Positions 24,235 through 36,384 of a DNA stretch of 64,000 nt are shown piece after piece. The position numbers and the translations under genes were made by a program. Position 1 is the first letter of the stretch; every line of letters starts with the position of its first letter. The notes beneath the pieces are model-generated. The model did no database searches, had not been told where the DNA came from, and worked only from the letters and a program-made list of their open reading frames with translations. Source of the DNA: Phaeosaccion multiseriatum (taxonomy: Eukaryota; Protista; Ochrophyta, other classes); NCBI GenBank assembly GCA_965112735.1, contig OZ218952.1, positions 2,356,001 through 2,420,000 on the forward strand, in the 5' to 3' direction.

Positions 24235-26152
24235 CTAACTCCTACGAGGAAGGTGCTCTACCGCTGCCAGCGCGGCTCGCAGCTTTGTCCGGAAGGAAGA
24301 GGAGTACTTATGCACCACGTCTTCGACTCCCTCGCCCCGCGCAGTCACAGCCGCACCATCAGCTCCCGCCTCAAGCAGCAGCTCCACATGCTCTATGTAC
24401 TCTTTCGCTGCTGCAAAGTGAAGGGGCGTCCACCCTTGCCGTGGCTGACAGGTTGTGTGGGAGAGCAGCAAAACGAGAATGAAAGGAGGTCGTGTCAAAA
24501 CGCAAGAATGAGCCGGGGGAGGGGGCAGATGAAAGAGTTAGTTGGGAGGCAGAGAACCTGGCGTAGGCACTCATACTTGGAGTTTGCTTGTCTTACCCCA
24601 GTCTCTTTGACGGCGGTGTTGGGGCTCGCCCCTTTGAGGAGGAGCGCCCTGAGCAGAGCAGGGGACTCATCCTGAGTGGCGTAGGTGAGCGCGGAGAAGC
24701 CATTTGGCTTGGCCGCATTCACGTCCACAAAGGGCCCCCCCGCGTTGAGTAACGCAGCCACGGCGTCCATCTGCTTGTGCTGGACAGACAGCATGAGCGC
24801 CGTATTGCCGGCCTCGTCGCGGGCGGTGATGCCCTTGCCCTCCTTGATCAAGCGCTGCACGGATGGGTTGTCCTTCCTCTGGTGTGGGAAACAAACCCAG
24901 CAGCAACAGCATGGCATAGGACAAGGGGGGTGGAGCATTGCAATTTGAGCAAAAGAGAGCACGAAGTGCGACCATTGAAACTGGGAATCGATGGCCTTGA
25001 ATGGCACGAACAAGGCCGTGCCTTGTTGCTGTTCTTCCCTCCCCCTGATACCTTGAGGGCGTCAAAAATGGCGAAATGTTCCTCCGTCACCACTGTCTGA
25101 CACTCTACCAAAAAGTAGACCGTCGCTGTCTTGACATCCACACCAAGGCCGGCCAAGTCCCGAGCTATCCAAGGCAGCTGGCCTGACTGGCTAGAGCCCT
25201 CGGAGTAGCCTGGAGAGAGAGGGGGGGGGGGAGGGAGAAAGTCAGGACGAGAGAGAGAGAGAGAGAGAGATGAAGCAGGGAAATACCCTAGAGAAGAGGT
25301 GTGGGAACCTTGTTCACTCTCCACACGGTTGAGTCATTCCCCCCGTCCCTTCCCACTTGCCTTGCTCAGGCGAAACTTTTATGAGACGCTGCTGCCCTGG
25401 GCAGATCCCCTCCAGCCCCTCGGTGAGGCCAGCGATGTGCTGAATTGCGACAGAACGAGGTCGGAGGGTTGGAGGGTAAGACAAGAAAGTCAGGCTACTA
25501 TGCTCTCTGGTCTCCTGTCTGCATACCTTATCATGCCCCAGATGCAAGTGGTATGCCTTTGTGTCCACACTTGTGAGGAGGTTGCTCCCTTGTGCAGGTG
25601 CTTCGTCAACCCCCAATGCCGCTCCCTTCGCCTCCTCCTCCTTCTCCTCCTCCTCCTCTTCCTCTTTCTTCTCCAAGGTGACAGGGGATTCCGCAGCGAC
25701 TACCTTGAATGTGCTGAGTGAGCGTGAGAAGAGGGGGGTTGAACGATAAGCTCTTTCGGATGGAGAGACAGCAGGAAGGATGATGCTCTCGATGGACGAC
25801 GATTTTTCGATTCTTCTCTCTGAATATACATACACTCTGTCTCTCTCTCTCTCACACACATCAACACACACTCTCTCTCGCTCCCTGTCTTTCTCTCTCA
25901 CTCTTCCTCTCTCCGACTTACTAGAGCACGTGATCTCCGTTCCTCGCGGCTGGAGAGCACGTTGCCTCTACTTTCTCGTGCGTCTGGAGAGTGGCTGCGC
26001 ACGATGGCGCCGAGAAGGAGGTTGAGCAGAGTAAGCAAAAGTGGGAAAAAAAGAAAGTTCAGGATTGCAGTACCTTCAGCGTCGATGGCAGCCAGCGATG
26101 GGTGGTCCCACCCGAGGTAAAATAGAATGAAGACACGCGGTAGCAAGCGCAT
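24235..26152 (-). CDS. Signal-peptide protein with a divergent FKBP-type domain followed by ankyrin repeats, about 7 exons
   Basis: N-terminus MRLLPRVFILFYLG. FKBP-like CSPAARNGDHVLY...LHLGHDKHIAGLTEGLEGICPGQQRLIKVSPEQGY...ATVYFLVE. Ankyrin repeats GNTALMLSV, GFSALTYA, GWTPLHFAA. Confidence 0.75.
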
Positions 26153-26279
26153 GGCGGTCGATCGGCGGACGAAAATAAAGGTGATCAGCCAACCGCCCAG
26201 CCATCCAGTGCCATCGGCGGAGGATGCAACTCAAATCCATTTTTCTCTCCCGATCCATTTTTTTCTTCTTGGGGGGAGG

Positions 26280-27383
26280 ATGCTGCAGATTCTTCGGCGA
26301 ACGGGAGGACTGAGGCATGCTGCGAGGAGAAGTGGGGCGCTTGGGAGCTACAGTAGCTGGTCTGGGACTGGAAGGAGCACACGGAATAACACCCGACCCC
26401 AAGCCCATGCTCCTTCGGTGCTGCACCTCCTCGCTCGACACCCTCCTCACATCGTCATGGTGGGTAGCGTGCGATCCATGGCTCAATGGACCAAGAACGG
26501 GAAGCCCCTCACCACAAGGGACAAGCTCGTTCTTGGAGGTGTGGGAGTGCTCACCGTGGGAGCGGGCATTGCCTTGGGGGGCATCGTACTAGCCTTGGCC
26601 ATCCCTGCTGCCATCGCCTTTGGAGTATGGCGCTTCTTGAAGAGGGGGTCTCTTGGCCAAAGCGATTCTCTTGTGGAGCAGTGGCGGGAGCAGCAGCGGC
26701 AACAGGAGGAGCAGCTCATGCGGACGGGCAGGGGTAGCAGCTGGGTGGGGGCGCAAATTTTCAACCCGCTGGTCGAGAAGGTTCTAGAGAACGTGGCACG
26801 ACAGGGTATGGCTGCGATGGAGGCTCAGCACGAGAAGATGCTGCTCATTCAGGAAGCCTCAATGGGTGCTGTGATGAGGCATCCTGCATGCTCTGCAATC
26901 TTGGGCGGAAATATGGAGGCAGAGATGCCGCATGCCTTCGCAGAGCATGTAAGTTCAGCCGTCGTTCTCTCAAGCAGTCTCAGACCTTCTCAAGGCAGAG
27001 CCGTTTCCTGTCCGAAAACCCTGCCAAGCGCGCCCTGACTCTGTGCTGTGCTGCCGCCCTGCCTCTCTCCGTCGCTTTTCTTCCCCGCTTCTCTGGAGAA
27101 GGTGGTCAATGACCGGAGCGCCATCCAAATGTCTTTCATAGTGAGGGGCTCCAAGGGGTGGGGCACAGTCTCTCTCAAGGCCGAGCAGAAGAGCGTCACG
27201 GACTCGCCACTGAGCGCGGCTGACGTGGGAAATCTCTTCACGGACCTTTTCATCCAGTTCGACAATGGTAGATCGTATGATCTCATGGACAGCTTACGCA
27301 GCAGCGGCAGCAGCGAGATTGGTGGCACTCCTGGGACTGGAAGGGGGGGGAATGTTGTGGATGCAGACTTCCGGGACAAGTAA
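26280..27383 (+). CDS. Mitochondrial membrane protein with a Tim21/Coa1-like C-terminal domain, 2 exons
   Basis: R-rich presequence and a hydrophobic TM segment, then VMRHPACSAILG...MSFIVRGSKGWGTV, resembling the Tim21/Coa1 pattern. Confidence 0.5.
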
Positions 27384-27654
27384 TGATTTGGACGGACCCG
27401 GCAGCTTCCCGACAAGAGTATCTGCTCGAGGGGGATGGGATAATTAGTGGGAAAGGATGACGTCCTCTCGGCGACTGCTTTGATTCACTTTCCGCACTAC
27501 TCAACATCAGCGGAGAAAGTGGGAGTTTCGTCTCGAGAGAGGGCGGGCAGACACGCTAGACGTGGCGGCGTGTGTGGGACAGCACCCCTCTTCACCCACC
27601 CTGTTGAGGCCAAGTCGGGGTTGGAAAATGCTGTTCTTTTTCGGCAGACTCTAC

Positions 27655-27963
27655 ATGGCCTCGACGGCAGGCGTAGAAAGGAGAGTCGGGAGGGCGGTGC
27701 CCCTGTTGTCCGCTAAGGAATTCATGACAGACGAGATATTGCTTCTCATGGATGGATGCAAGCAAGAGGTGCGAAGGAAAGACTACGAAGAAGACCCGAG
27801 TAACTTCCACTTCAAACGGCTAGCGGCGGTAAGTACGGAGCAAAGATGAGAAGCAAAGCGGGATGGGTGAGGATTAATTGGACTCAGTAGGATTCCTTCG
27901 CACTTGATGTTATATGCGGCGCAATGCAGAGCTTTCCCGATAGAGACGCTTCGGTGCAAGGGT
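27655..27963 (+). pseudogene. Possible degenerate Myb/SANT-like gene fragment
   Basis: EFMTDEILLLMDGCKQ...HFKRLAA|SFPDRDASV joined across a GTAAGT...CAG intron. No complete gene could be reconstructed. Confidence 0.2.
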
Positions 27964-29138
27964 AGTATTAGCGCCGAGAGCAAACCCACACGCAACAAGA
28001 GTATGCTACTACATGTCCTCGTTGCGCCCTCTGGTTTCGGGCCTACAGCAGTCCCCCTTTTGTCTTCTCTGGACCTCCCAGGCTATCGCCCTCACACGGT
28101 GATGCTGGCTTGAAGGGAAAGGAGGAGGGGAGGGTGGCTACTGCTAGACCCTGTGGGCCATCCCAGCACCTGACTGGGTTGCGCCTGAGAGACTTTTGGG
28201 GACATTTGTCTTTTCTTTCTCACATTCTACTTAAGCGCTGGGCTTTGGGCGAGCAAGAGCAATGAACGCGTCACTCTCTTACCGCGACTTTGTCTAACCT
28301 GCCTCGTTGTGCACGTGTCGCTTGCTGGTGTGCCACGTGCCGTCCTTTTACTCAGCTGCACCCCCTGAGGGTAGGGCGAGCGCGCAGGAGACTCGCGGGC
28401 GGTCCTCCGTCCATCACATGAGCGTACCTTCGGCCTTCTCACAAGCCGTCCTTGCTTGCTTCCTTCGGTGTGGGGCAGGCGGTTCCCTTCCCTGTTTTCT
28501 TCGGTTCGGGGCAGGCGGTTCCCCGGCGAGCTGACAGAGCGTTGCTCGGTGCCGGGATGCCGGGATGGTCCAGTCGAAGAGAGGGGGGGGGGGGCTCGCT
28601 CTCAAGTCAAGGACAAGTCGAGATGAATTCGAAGGCCATAGCTCGCTGAAGGACGCCGACCTGAAGGCGCACACGGCTTTGAGGCGGTTTTTCGCGTGCG
28701 AGCGTAGCGAGTACGCTTTCTATCTTACCGTATGTGAGATGTTTCCTCTATTTCTCAAATTTCCCCCCCCCTCCCCCCCCCTCCCTCCCCCCCCCCCGTA
28801 CCGAGCCCCAAATTTGGGCCATCGACTTTTCCGCCAAATTTTTCCTGAGCACTTCAGGAAGGGTATTATGTCCTGCGCGATGCTCTCAGCGCTCCGAGCA
28901 CTTTGGGCAGAAATTTGATGGCCATGGGGGGGGGAATTCAAATTTCACCAAATCGACCAAATCATCCACACATAGCAATAGAAAGACATACAGCTATCCC
29001 CAATACGCCACTCCTGTGGAGCCCCGTGCGTCTGGCTCCTTCCTTCTCGGTTGCTGCTGCTCCCGCGTCTCTGACTTCCACCTCTTCTCATACCGTGCTC
29101 TTCTGCGGCAATACTGACCATGACAGTTGGATTAGCGT

Positions 29139-29984
29139 ATGGCCTGCTGTGAGGAGGAGGGCACATCGGAGGGGTGGCTCATCCAGCCTGTTGACCCTGC
29201 TGACAACGACACTAACTCCAGCGGAGACGAAGACGAGGAGGATGACGTGGGGGACGAAGGGGACTGGTTGATAGCAGATCGTGTGGGAACAGCATTTCCT
29301 CAGCACTCTCTTCCACTTGCAGTAGAACCAGCAGTTGGCACAGTCGCAGCGCCAGCACCGGCCCTAGCACCAGAAGACCTAGCACCAGAACACGTCCACG
29401 CTGCAGCAGCCTCAGTCGAGGATGACAAGGCGGATGAAGAGCTGCTGGCGCAGGTTAGGGCAGCCTCAGCCGGGGATGACAAGGGGGATGAAGAGCTGCT
29501 GGCGCAGGCGAGGGCAGATGTTGACACCGCGGAATCGGCCACGCGGCAGTGGTACAGACGTGTCAATTCCTGTTCGCTCCGTCTGCAGCAGTGGGATGGG
29601 GACGACGACGGGCGCGTTGCGTTACAGCAAAGCCTCACCCAGGCTCAGTGCGCCTCACGGGAAGCTGAAAGTGCCCGTCTTTGGGCCATTTCTGCCCGAG
29701 CTGGTGCCCGCGCCCGCATCAGTCGCAGAGAGGCAGAGGACGCTCGGAACCGCCTCACACGACAAGCACGTGCACAATGCGTTGCCATCTCCAGAGCCAC
29801 CAACATCGACTGTATTCTGTATTGGCATCTATGGGGGTCTCACAGAGGAGCGGCTCCGAGTCGTTATTGGTGGGAAGGCGTTGGACAAGAGGAAGGCAGA
29901 GGAGCAGCGGCTTCTGGGGCTTCAGGAGCTGACGCTTCAGAGGGTCAGAGGGGGGAGGGTAGTGCAACCAGGGTAGGAGGGTAA
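29139..29984 (+). CDS. Intronless orphan ORF, 281 aa, acidic N-terminus and helical Ala/Arg-rich part
   Basis: ATG-initiated ORF not driven by a microsatellite, with an internal repeat DDKxDEELLAQxRA (two copies). No recognisable domain. Confidence 0.35.
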   Translation: MACCEEEGTSEGWLIQPVDPADNDTNSSGDEDEEDDVGDEGDWLIADRVGTAFPQHSLPLAVEPAVGTVAAPAPALAPEDLAPEHVHAAAASVEDDKADEELLAQVRAASAGDDKGDEELLAQARADVDTAESATRQWYRRVNSCSLRLQQWDGDDDGRVALQQSLTQAQCASREAESARLWAISARAGARARISRREAEDARNRLTRQARAQCVAISRATNIDCILYWHLWGSHRGAAPSRYWWEGVGQEEGRGAAASGASGADASEGQRGEGSATRVGG

Positions 29985-30799
29985 TAAGTGTGAGAGGGAG
30001 GTGTGTGTGTGGGTGTGGGTGTGGGTGTGTGAGAGAGGATGCGTGTGAGTGTCCGTGCGTGTGTGTGTGTCTCTGTATGTGTGTCTCGGTGTATGTGTGC
30101 GTGCGTGCGTGTAAATAGATAACGTAAATACTTCGTACTTCGTCGTAAATAACTGTCAATACAAAGCGGAAATTCCAACTCAACGATTGATTGGGGGACA
30201 GCTGCCAACCCAGCACCTCAGGCATAGCAGCCAACCCAACACTCTCCATCCCCTCTGAGTTCGAAAGTTTTGCCCGGCAGGGTAGTCGTGGGAGAGAGAA
30301 AGAACTGAGGTATTTCTCTCGCACGCGACTATATGCTGGCATACCCTATTATTTTACCTTATGTTGTTTCACTTACGCACAAGTGCAGTCGATCACGAGG
30401 GGGCCCGCGCGAACACTGCCAGGAGGGTTGTACAGTATTCAGCGCGGTGAGTTTAAAGCTTGATTGTGCTCCACACGGACGTCAGAGGCCTGGAGCGGTA
30501 GCAGCAACCCCCATTACGCCAACACCTAACTACGACCCCGAGGTATTGTGCCTCACACCGGGCCCTTACGTATGCTTATGTTGATTCCCTTTTAAGTCAA
30601 TGAAGTCCCTGTACCTTCTCGCCTTTGTGTACAGCTGCCCTTCCTTACTGCTGCACCTCTTCCCTGCCGATGGACTAGGAAGGGGCGGAGGAAGGCGAGA
30701 GAGCTGCAACTTACTTGCTGCTTGCCCTTTGCAGAGGCCCTACTTGTAAATCGAGGGAGAACGCATCCGCCTGTACCGCGAGCTGCAGATTAATCGATC

Positions 30800-32964
30800 A
30801 TGGCTGAGGAGGCAGAGCTCCAGCCGCTGGAGAGCTTTGTGATGGAGTACATGGAGTCTCTGGGGCCAGGCAGTCGTCAGCTGCTTGCTGGAGGTCTAGC
30901 GGGGTGCGTGGCGAAGACCGCAGTGGCCCCCCTCAGCAGGCTCACCATTTTGTTCCAGGTGCGTGCTAACCTCTCTGTGCAAGAGACTCACAGAAAGCTG
31001 GGCGTTGGAGGTGAGCGGCCGTAAGCGCTGCACAAGGAGGGGAGGCGGTAAGCTAATGTACGCAGGCCTCGGGCGGGCGATCGTCTGCAGTCGACAGGAA
31101 AGAGAGGGGGGGAGAAAAGCTAGCCCGTGTGGCGCTCTGGAGGGGCCAGAGGTGAACTGTTTGGTGGCCGGACGGGATCTATGTGTCCTTTTCTCCGGAA
31201 GGATTCGCTTGTGAGCTAATCTGGTACTGATTCATGGCACAGGGAAGCCCCCGGTGAGGTGAGGGGGGGGACACGAGCGCCTCCTCTCAGCCTCGCTCAA
31301 CAAGAGATGGCGTGTCCTTTCTCGCACCTCTGGTGCTGGCACCGAGCTTGGCCATGTCTTCGTCTTCACCCATCCCATGCCATCCCATGCCATCCCATCC
31401 TTCCTTATCTCTTACCCTTCTCCCCTCTCCTCTCTCTCCCCCTCTCTCTCTCTTAACCTCCCCTATCCCCAAGGTGCACAGCATGGTGACAACCAAGAGC
31501 CAGCAGCCGCAGTTCGCAGAGGGCGTCTTCTCGGGGCTGCGCAAAATCATGCAGCGCGAGGGCGTCTTGGCCTTTTGGAAGGGAAACGGCACCAGCGTGC
31601 TGCACCGCTTCCCCTACAGCGCCCTCAATTTCGGTCTGTTTGAAGAGTGCAAACCGCGGCTGCGGAGAGCGCTCAAGTCAGAGGTACACGCGCGTTTTTC
31701 TCCTGTCGAGGGGAGCCTGGGCACGGCTGCTTTGCTGCTGCTGCTGCTGCTGCTGTCTTTTGACGCCCCGACCTCTGCTCCCATCTTCCTCTGTACTTGC
31801 TGCAGGACACACCGCTCGTGAGACTGATTGCGGGAGGATGTGCGGGAGCGGGTGCCACTGTAGCGTGCTACCCACTTGACCTCGTTCGCACTAGGCTAGC
31901 GACACAGCACATTTGCCAAAAGCACGAGTCCTACAGCGGAATCGTAGACGCCTTGACCCGAATCGGGCGACAGGAGGGAATGGGGGGGCTTTATCGGGGA
32001 CTAGGCACCACTCTGTTTGTGCAAACGCCAAGCCTAGCCCTAAGTTACTGCACTTACGGGAGCCTCAAAGATGTAAGGCGGAGGAGGCGGATACACGGGG
32101 GGCGGGGGGAGGGGGGAGGGGCAGTAGGAGCTTCCTTCTCCCAAACACACACACACACACACACACACGCGCACACACACACGCTGTGCCTCTCTGTGCA
32201 TGTATTTCTACCGCCCCCTTTTGCTCATCCTCTTGTGCCTCTCCGTGGGTATTTATGGACTGCCGCGCGTGCAAACACAAACACACACACACACACACAT
32301 CCACACACACACACACACACACGCGCGCAGCAACTACGGAAACACCCGCAATTCCAAGGCACCGGAGCACGGGACATTTCTGTCCCAGGGGGCTTGCTCT
32401 GCGGCGCTCTGAGTGGCATATTTTCGAGCATCATGGTGTACCCTCTTGATGTGGTACGGCGGCGGATGCAAATCGAAGGTCTGCACGTGGAGGGCAGGCT
32501 CAGGGGGCCAGTGCAGGTGTGTACTTTTAACTTGATTGTATTCTACTCCTTCCCCTGCGAGGGGGTGGGTGGGGGTGGGTGGACGGGGCGGACGAGGCGG
32601 ACGAGGCTGGCTGCAGAGTAGGGCAAGCGGTGGGTGAGAAGGGACCGAGGCAGGATGAATGGTTTGTGGGCACCGTAGAAACACTCTTCACACCTCTCTC
32701 GCCTCTCCCTGCTCCACCTGCTGTTGCTGACAGGAGCTGCAGAGTATAGTACAGAGAGAAGGTGTGCGAGGCCTGTTCCGCGGACTGACGCCGGAGCTCA
32801 TGAAGGTGGCGCCCATGGTATGCCTGACCTTCTTTACATACGACGCGCTGCGTATCCGCCTCAAGATTCGCGACAGTGGAAAAAGAGAGCGGCCGCCCGG
32901 TGCGGTGGAGGAGGCCAGGCAGCTGCAACGGGAGCACAAGCGAAGGGGGGGCGCAGGGGGCTGA
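30800..32964 (+). CDS. Mitochondrial carrier family (SLC25) protein, 5 exons
   Basis: Three carrier repeats: APLSRLTILFQ, YPLDLVRTRL, YPLDVVRRRMQ. Also FWKGNG, LYRGL and LFRGL. Confidence 0.95.
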
Positions 32965-33257
32965 TGTTGTTCTCTGTTCGATGTCCCTTGTTGTCTTGAA
33001 GCCGTAAGAGTACAGCCGTTCCGCACTTATCTCGCGGCATGGGCCAGAGGAGCCGAGTCGCGGCGGAGCGCAATTTTTGTGAGAGCAGGTGGGGATGCCC
33101 CCGCCCCGCCGACTTATCATTACTGTATATAATACGACTAAGCACTGAGTTGCACACGAGCGAGCGACGACTACGGTATCAATCCGTGTGTATTGAATTA
33201 ACTAAGTCCCCCCTATAGTATGTACATCACTTTTGTACATTGCACGTCGCCGCTACG

Positions 33258-33672
33258 CTATATTCTGAGACAGCTGCCCCTGCTGCTGTCCCTGCTGTTG
33301 CTGCTGTTGCACCGGCACTCCTCCGCCACACCCACACGGCGAGCATCAACTCTGAGACAGCTGCCCCTGCTGCTATTCCTGCTGATGCTGCTGTTTTCTT
33401 TGTGGCCTTGCCCTCCTCCGTGCACTCCTCCCCCTCCGCCACACCCACACAACGAACATATACTCTGAGACTGCCCCCACTGCTGTCCCTGCAATTGCTG
33501 CTGCTTTCTGTGTCGGCAAGCACTCCTCCGCAAAACAGATGATGCTATACTTTCTTTGTGGCCCTGCACTCCTCCGCCTCCACCATACCCACACCACGAG
33601 CATCTACTCCGAGACAGCTGCCCCTGAAGTCGCTGTTGCTTTCTTTGTCGGCCAGCAGTCCTCCGCCACACT
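33258..33672 (-). repeat. Four degenerate tandem copies of a ~90-150 bp unit spanning the ankyrin gene stop codon
   Basis: Recurring GGGGCAGCTGTCTCnGAGTnnATGCTCG...GTGTGGGT and GCGGAGGAGTGC motifs on the minus strand. Confidence 0.8.
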
Positions 33673-34560
33673 CTCCAAGAAGGTGTTGAGCATCGGCCAG
33701 TGCTGCTTCTTGGCGTAGCGCAATGGGCTGTGCCCGTTCTTGTCCATGGCCAGCAAGTGGCCAGGGTTGCGATGCACAATCATCTGCAGCAGCTCCAGGT
33801 TGATTTCGCTGGCCCAGCACACGTCGTGCAAGGGCAGGCGTCCAATGTCGTCGCACCGAATGGAGGAACCCCCATTCTCCAGCAGAAAGTTCAGCAGGCT
33901 CGGATTCGACCTCCGGCAGGCCAGGTGCACCAGGCTCTCTCCGAACCGGTTGCAGGCGTCCATCCGCCGGCCTTCCTTTGCGAGCTTCCTTAACTTCTCC
34001 AAGTCTCCCCTCCTCACGGCGGCGGTGAGGGTCATGTCATACTCTTCGATCTGCTGTCGGGTGGGGGGCCGGTTATTGAAGCCCTCCCCAGGTCCTGCAG
34101 ACAATGTGGACACATGCTTGTCAGGGTAGCCCCGCTGCTTCAGAAGCGTGAGCAGCAAGTGCTCGGGGGAAGCCTTGTCCAAGATCACGGGGGCGGGCTG
34201 TTTACCGGCTTCCGCTGCTGCTGGCGCTGTTGATGTTGCTCCCACCGGTCGCCCTGCGGCCTTCTCCTCTGCCCTTTCATTCTCTCCATCCACGCCTTCT
34301 CGCCCCAGGTTTCGGGAAGGACTCGGAGCCAGCTCTCGCTTCCTCTTCCGGTCCCTGCCAGCGTTTCCTGTCAGCCTGGCCGCGTCTCTTCTCCTCTGCA
34401 GAAGCTTTTCCATGAGCTCGGGCGTGAGGTTGATGCCCTTCGACGAAGCCATCGCCGCCAAAAGAGAAAAGCCTGCCATGCGAACGGGAGGGTAGTGCCT
34501 CGCTGAGCTCGCTGCGAGGGCCTGCGCCGCCATAGGCGTTGGCAGAGTATATGTCGCCAT
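33604..34560 (-). CDS. Intronless ankyrin-repeat protein
   Basis: AVRRGDLEKL, CNRFGESLVHLACRR, DDIGRLPLHDVCW, DKNGHSPLRY. Confidence 0.88.
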   Translation of the reverse strand: MATYTLPTPMAAQALAASSARHYPPVRMAGFSLLAAMASSKGINLTPELMEKLLQRRRDAARLTGNAGRDRKRKRELAPSPSRNLGREGVDGENERAEEKAAGRPVGATSTAPAAAEAGKQPAPVILDKASPEHLLLTLLKQRGYPDKHVSTLSAGPGEGFNNRPPTRQQIEEYDMTLTAAVRRGDLEKLRKLAKEGRRMDACNRFGESLVHLACRRSNPSLLNFLLENGGSSIRCDDIGRLPLHDVCWASEINLELLQMIVHRNPGHLLAMDKNGHSPLRYAKKQHWPMLNTFLESVAEDCWPTKKATATSGAAVSE

Positions 34561-34912
34561 ATCCTCCGCTCTTAATTAGTGGTCGTACTGCTGAGATGCG
34601 ACCGACTTTGCCAGCGCGATTTAACCAGCACCCGATTTTAGTGACGCGCCAATTGAAGGTGCCCCTTCGGATTCAAGCGCACGCTTTGGGCCACATCAAG
34701 GGGCCACATCATCTTTTTGAAAAGTGAGAGGAAATCAGCCCCCCCCTTCCCTTCCCGTTTTTCTTTATAATCTGGGCACTCCCACCGTCCGCCTAGTTGG
34801 CGTCTGCCCCAGGCGGCGGCATAAATAGGCCGAGACGGCCCTCGCTAGCCGGGCAATTTTGCAATTTTGTCAAATAGGCCTAGGCCGCTAGGCGTGCATG
34901 GGGCTGACGTCA

Positions 34913-36326
34913 TCATCGACCCGTCCGAGCCTGGGGCTCGCGTTCAGCCAAGAGCTTCCGCCATCTCCTCTTGCACATGTCGTCGTTTCTGCCAGGAATG
35001 GCGTCCGCCACCTGGGCCCACTTGAATGCCGGGTTGACGTGGCCCATGCTCTGGAGTGTCTCCTCGAGCTGGCGGTCCTCCGCCGGTCTGGGGAGATCAA
35101 GGGGGGGTGGTGGTGTTGTTCATAGAGACAGCGGCAAATGTTTGACACGAAATGGCCATGGCAAGCATTCACAAGACCACCACAACTCACGTCCACGGCC
35201 CCTTGCTCAAGCTGGGGTCGAGCACGTTTGTCCACTTGTCCCGGCACTGCCTCGGAGCCCGGTGCGGCACAAGACGGGCGACCTGGAACCAGTCCACCTT
35301 GGCCTTCTTGCTCCCCGTTGGCCACGAGCAAGACGCCTGCTCGTGGGCCCCACGCATTCATGGGGAACAGCAGCAACAAAATCAGCAAGCAGCAGCAGCA
35401 AACAGCAGCGGCAACAACCCCCCACAACAACCGACCAACCAACCAACAGCAATTGTAGTGGATGTACATCAGGAAATGGAACGAGCATTGCGGAGAGCAG
35501 AAGCAAAACAACCATTACCCCCACCCACCTGAACGGCCAGGCACAGCTGGGCCTCTTCCTGGGCGGCCCATCTGCCGTGCCGGAGGGCGGGGTTCACCGC
35601 GTTGACCCAGCGGTATCTGCAATGCCTGGATGAGCGAAAGGGGAGGTAGGTAGACACCACTCCCCAGTTCTCGGTGCCGTGGAGCCCCACCGCCTCTCTG
35701 CGGCTCAAAAACGCGCCGCGGGAGGTTAACGACGAAGAAACACAGGCAAGCACGACAAGCAACGCAAATGCTAGACACAAGACGAATCGTCCCTCACCTC
35801 AGCGTCTTGTCTTCTTGCTTGGTCCAGCGCCGAACAACACTCAGCTGCTCCTCCAATTTGAGCTTCTGGTACCTTCGCAGGCAGTGAATGGGGCGTCGGC
35901 CGGTGCCCAGCTCGAGCGCAATCTGCTCCCAATCTCGTTCGTTGTGCTTCTCTGCCAACTCCCACAGCGAATCCTCCTCACTCTGCAGCCAGGGCTCAGT
36001 GCTGATTCGGGGGTCGGCTTTATTCCAGTACGTCACCATGGCATCTTCGGCAGAGCGCGGAAAGCCCTTGGCCGCCATTCTCTGTGCCACCCGCTTCCAA
36101 CCGGCCCCACCCACGCGCCAAGGTGAGAAATCGTGCTGTGCCTCCCCCACTCTTTCCATCGGTGCCTCGATTCCACCCAGCTCGCCCGCTATGTTCTTCA
36201 GAGCCTCCACCTCCTCTGAGCACCACGGTACGGCCCGCTGGCGTATCATGCGGTTCAAGAGGGCCAACGAGCCAGCTCCTCCTCCTCCTCCTCCTCCTCC
36301 TCCTCCTGCTGCTGCTCCTGCTGCTG

Positions 36327-36384
<58 letters not shown>

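Noticed and set aside
33258-33672. Repeat-spacer-like appearance suggesting CRISPR
   Set aside because: Units are degenerate and irregular, the spacers are related to each other, the context is eukaryotic, and there are no cas genes.
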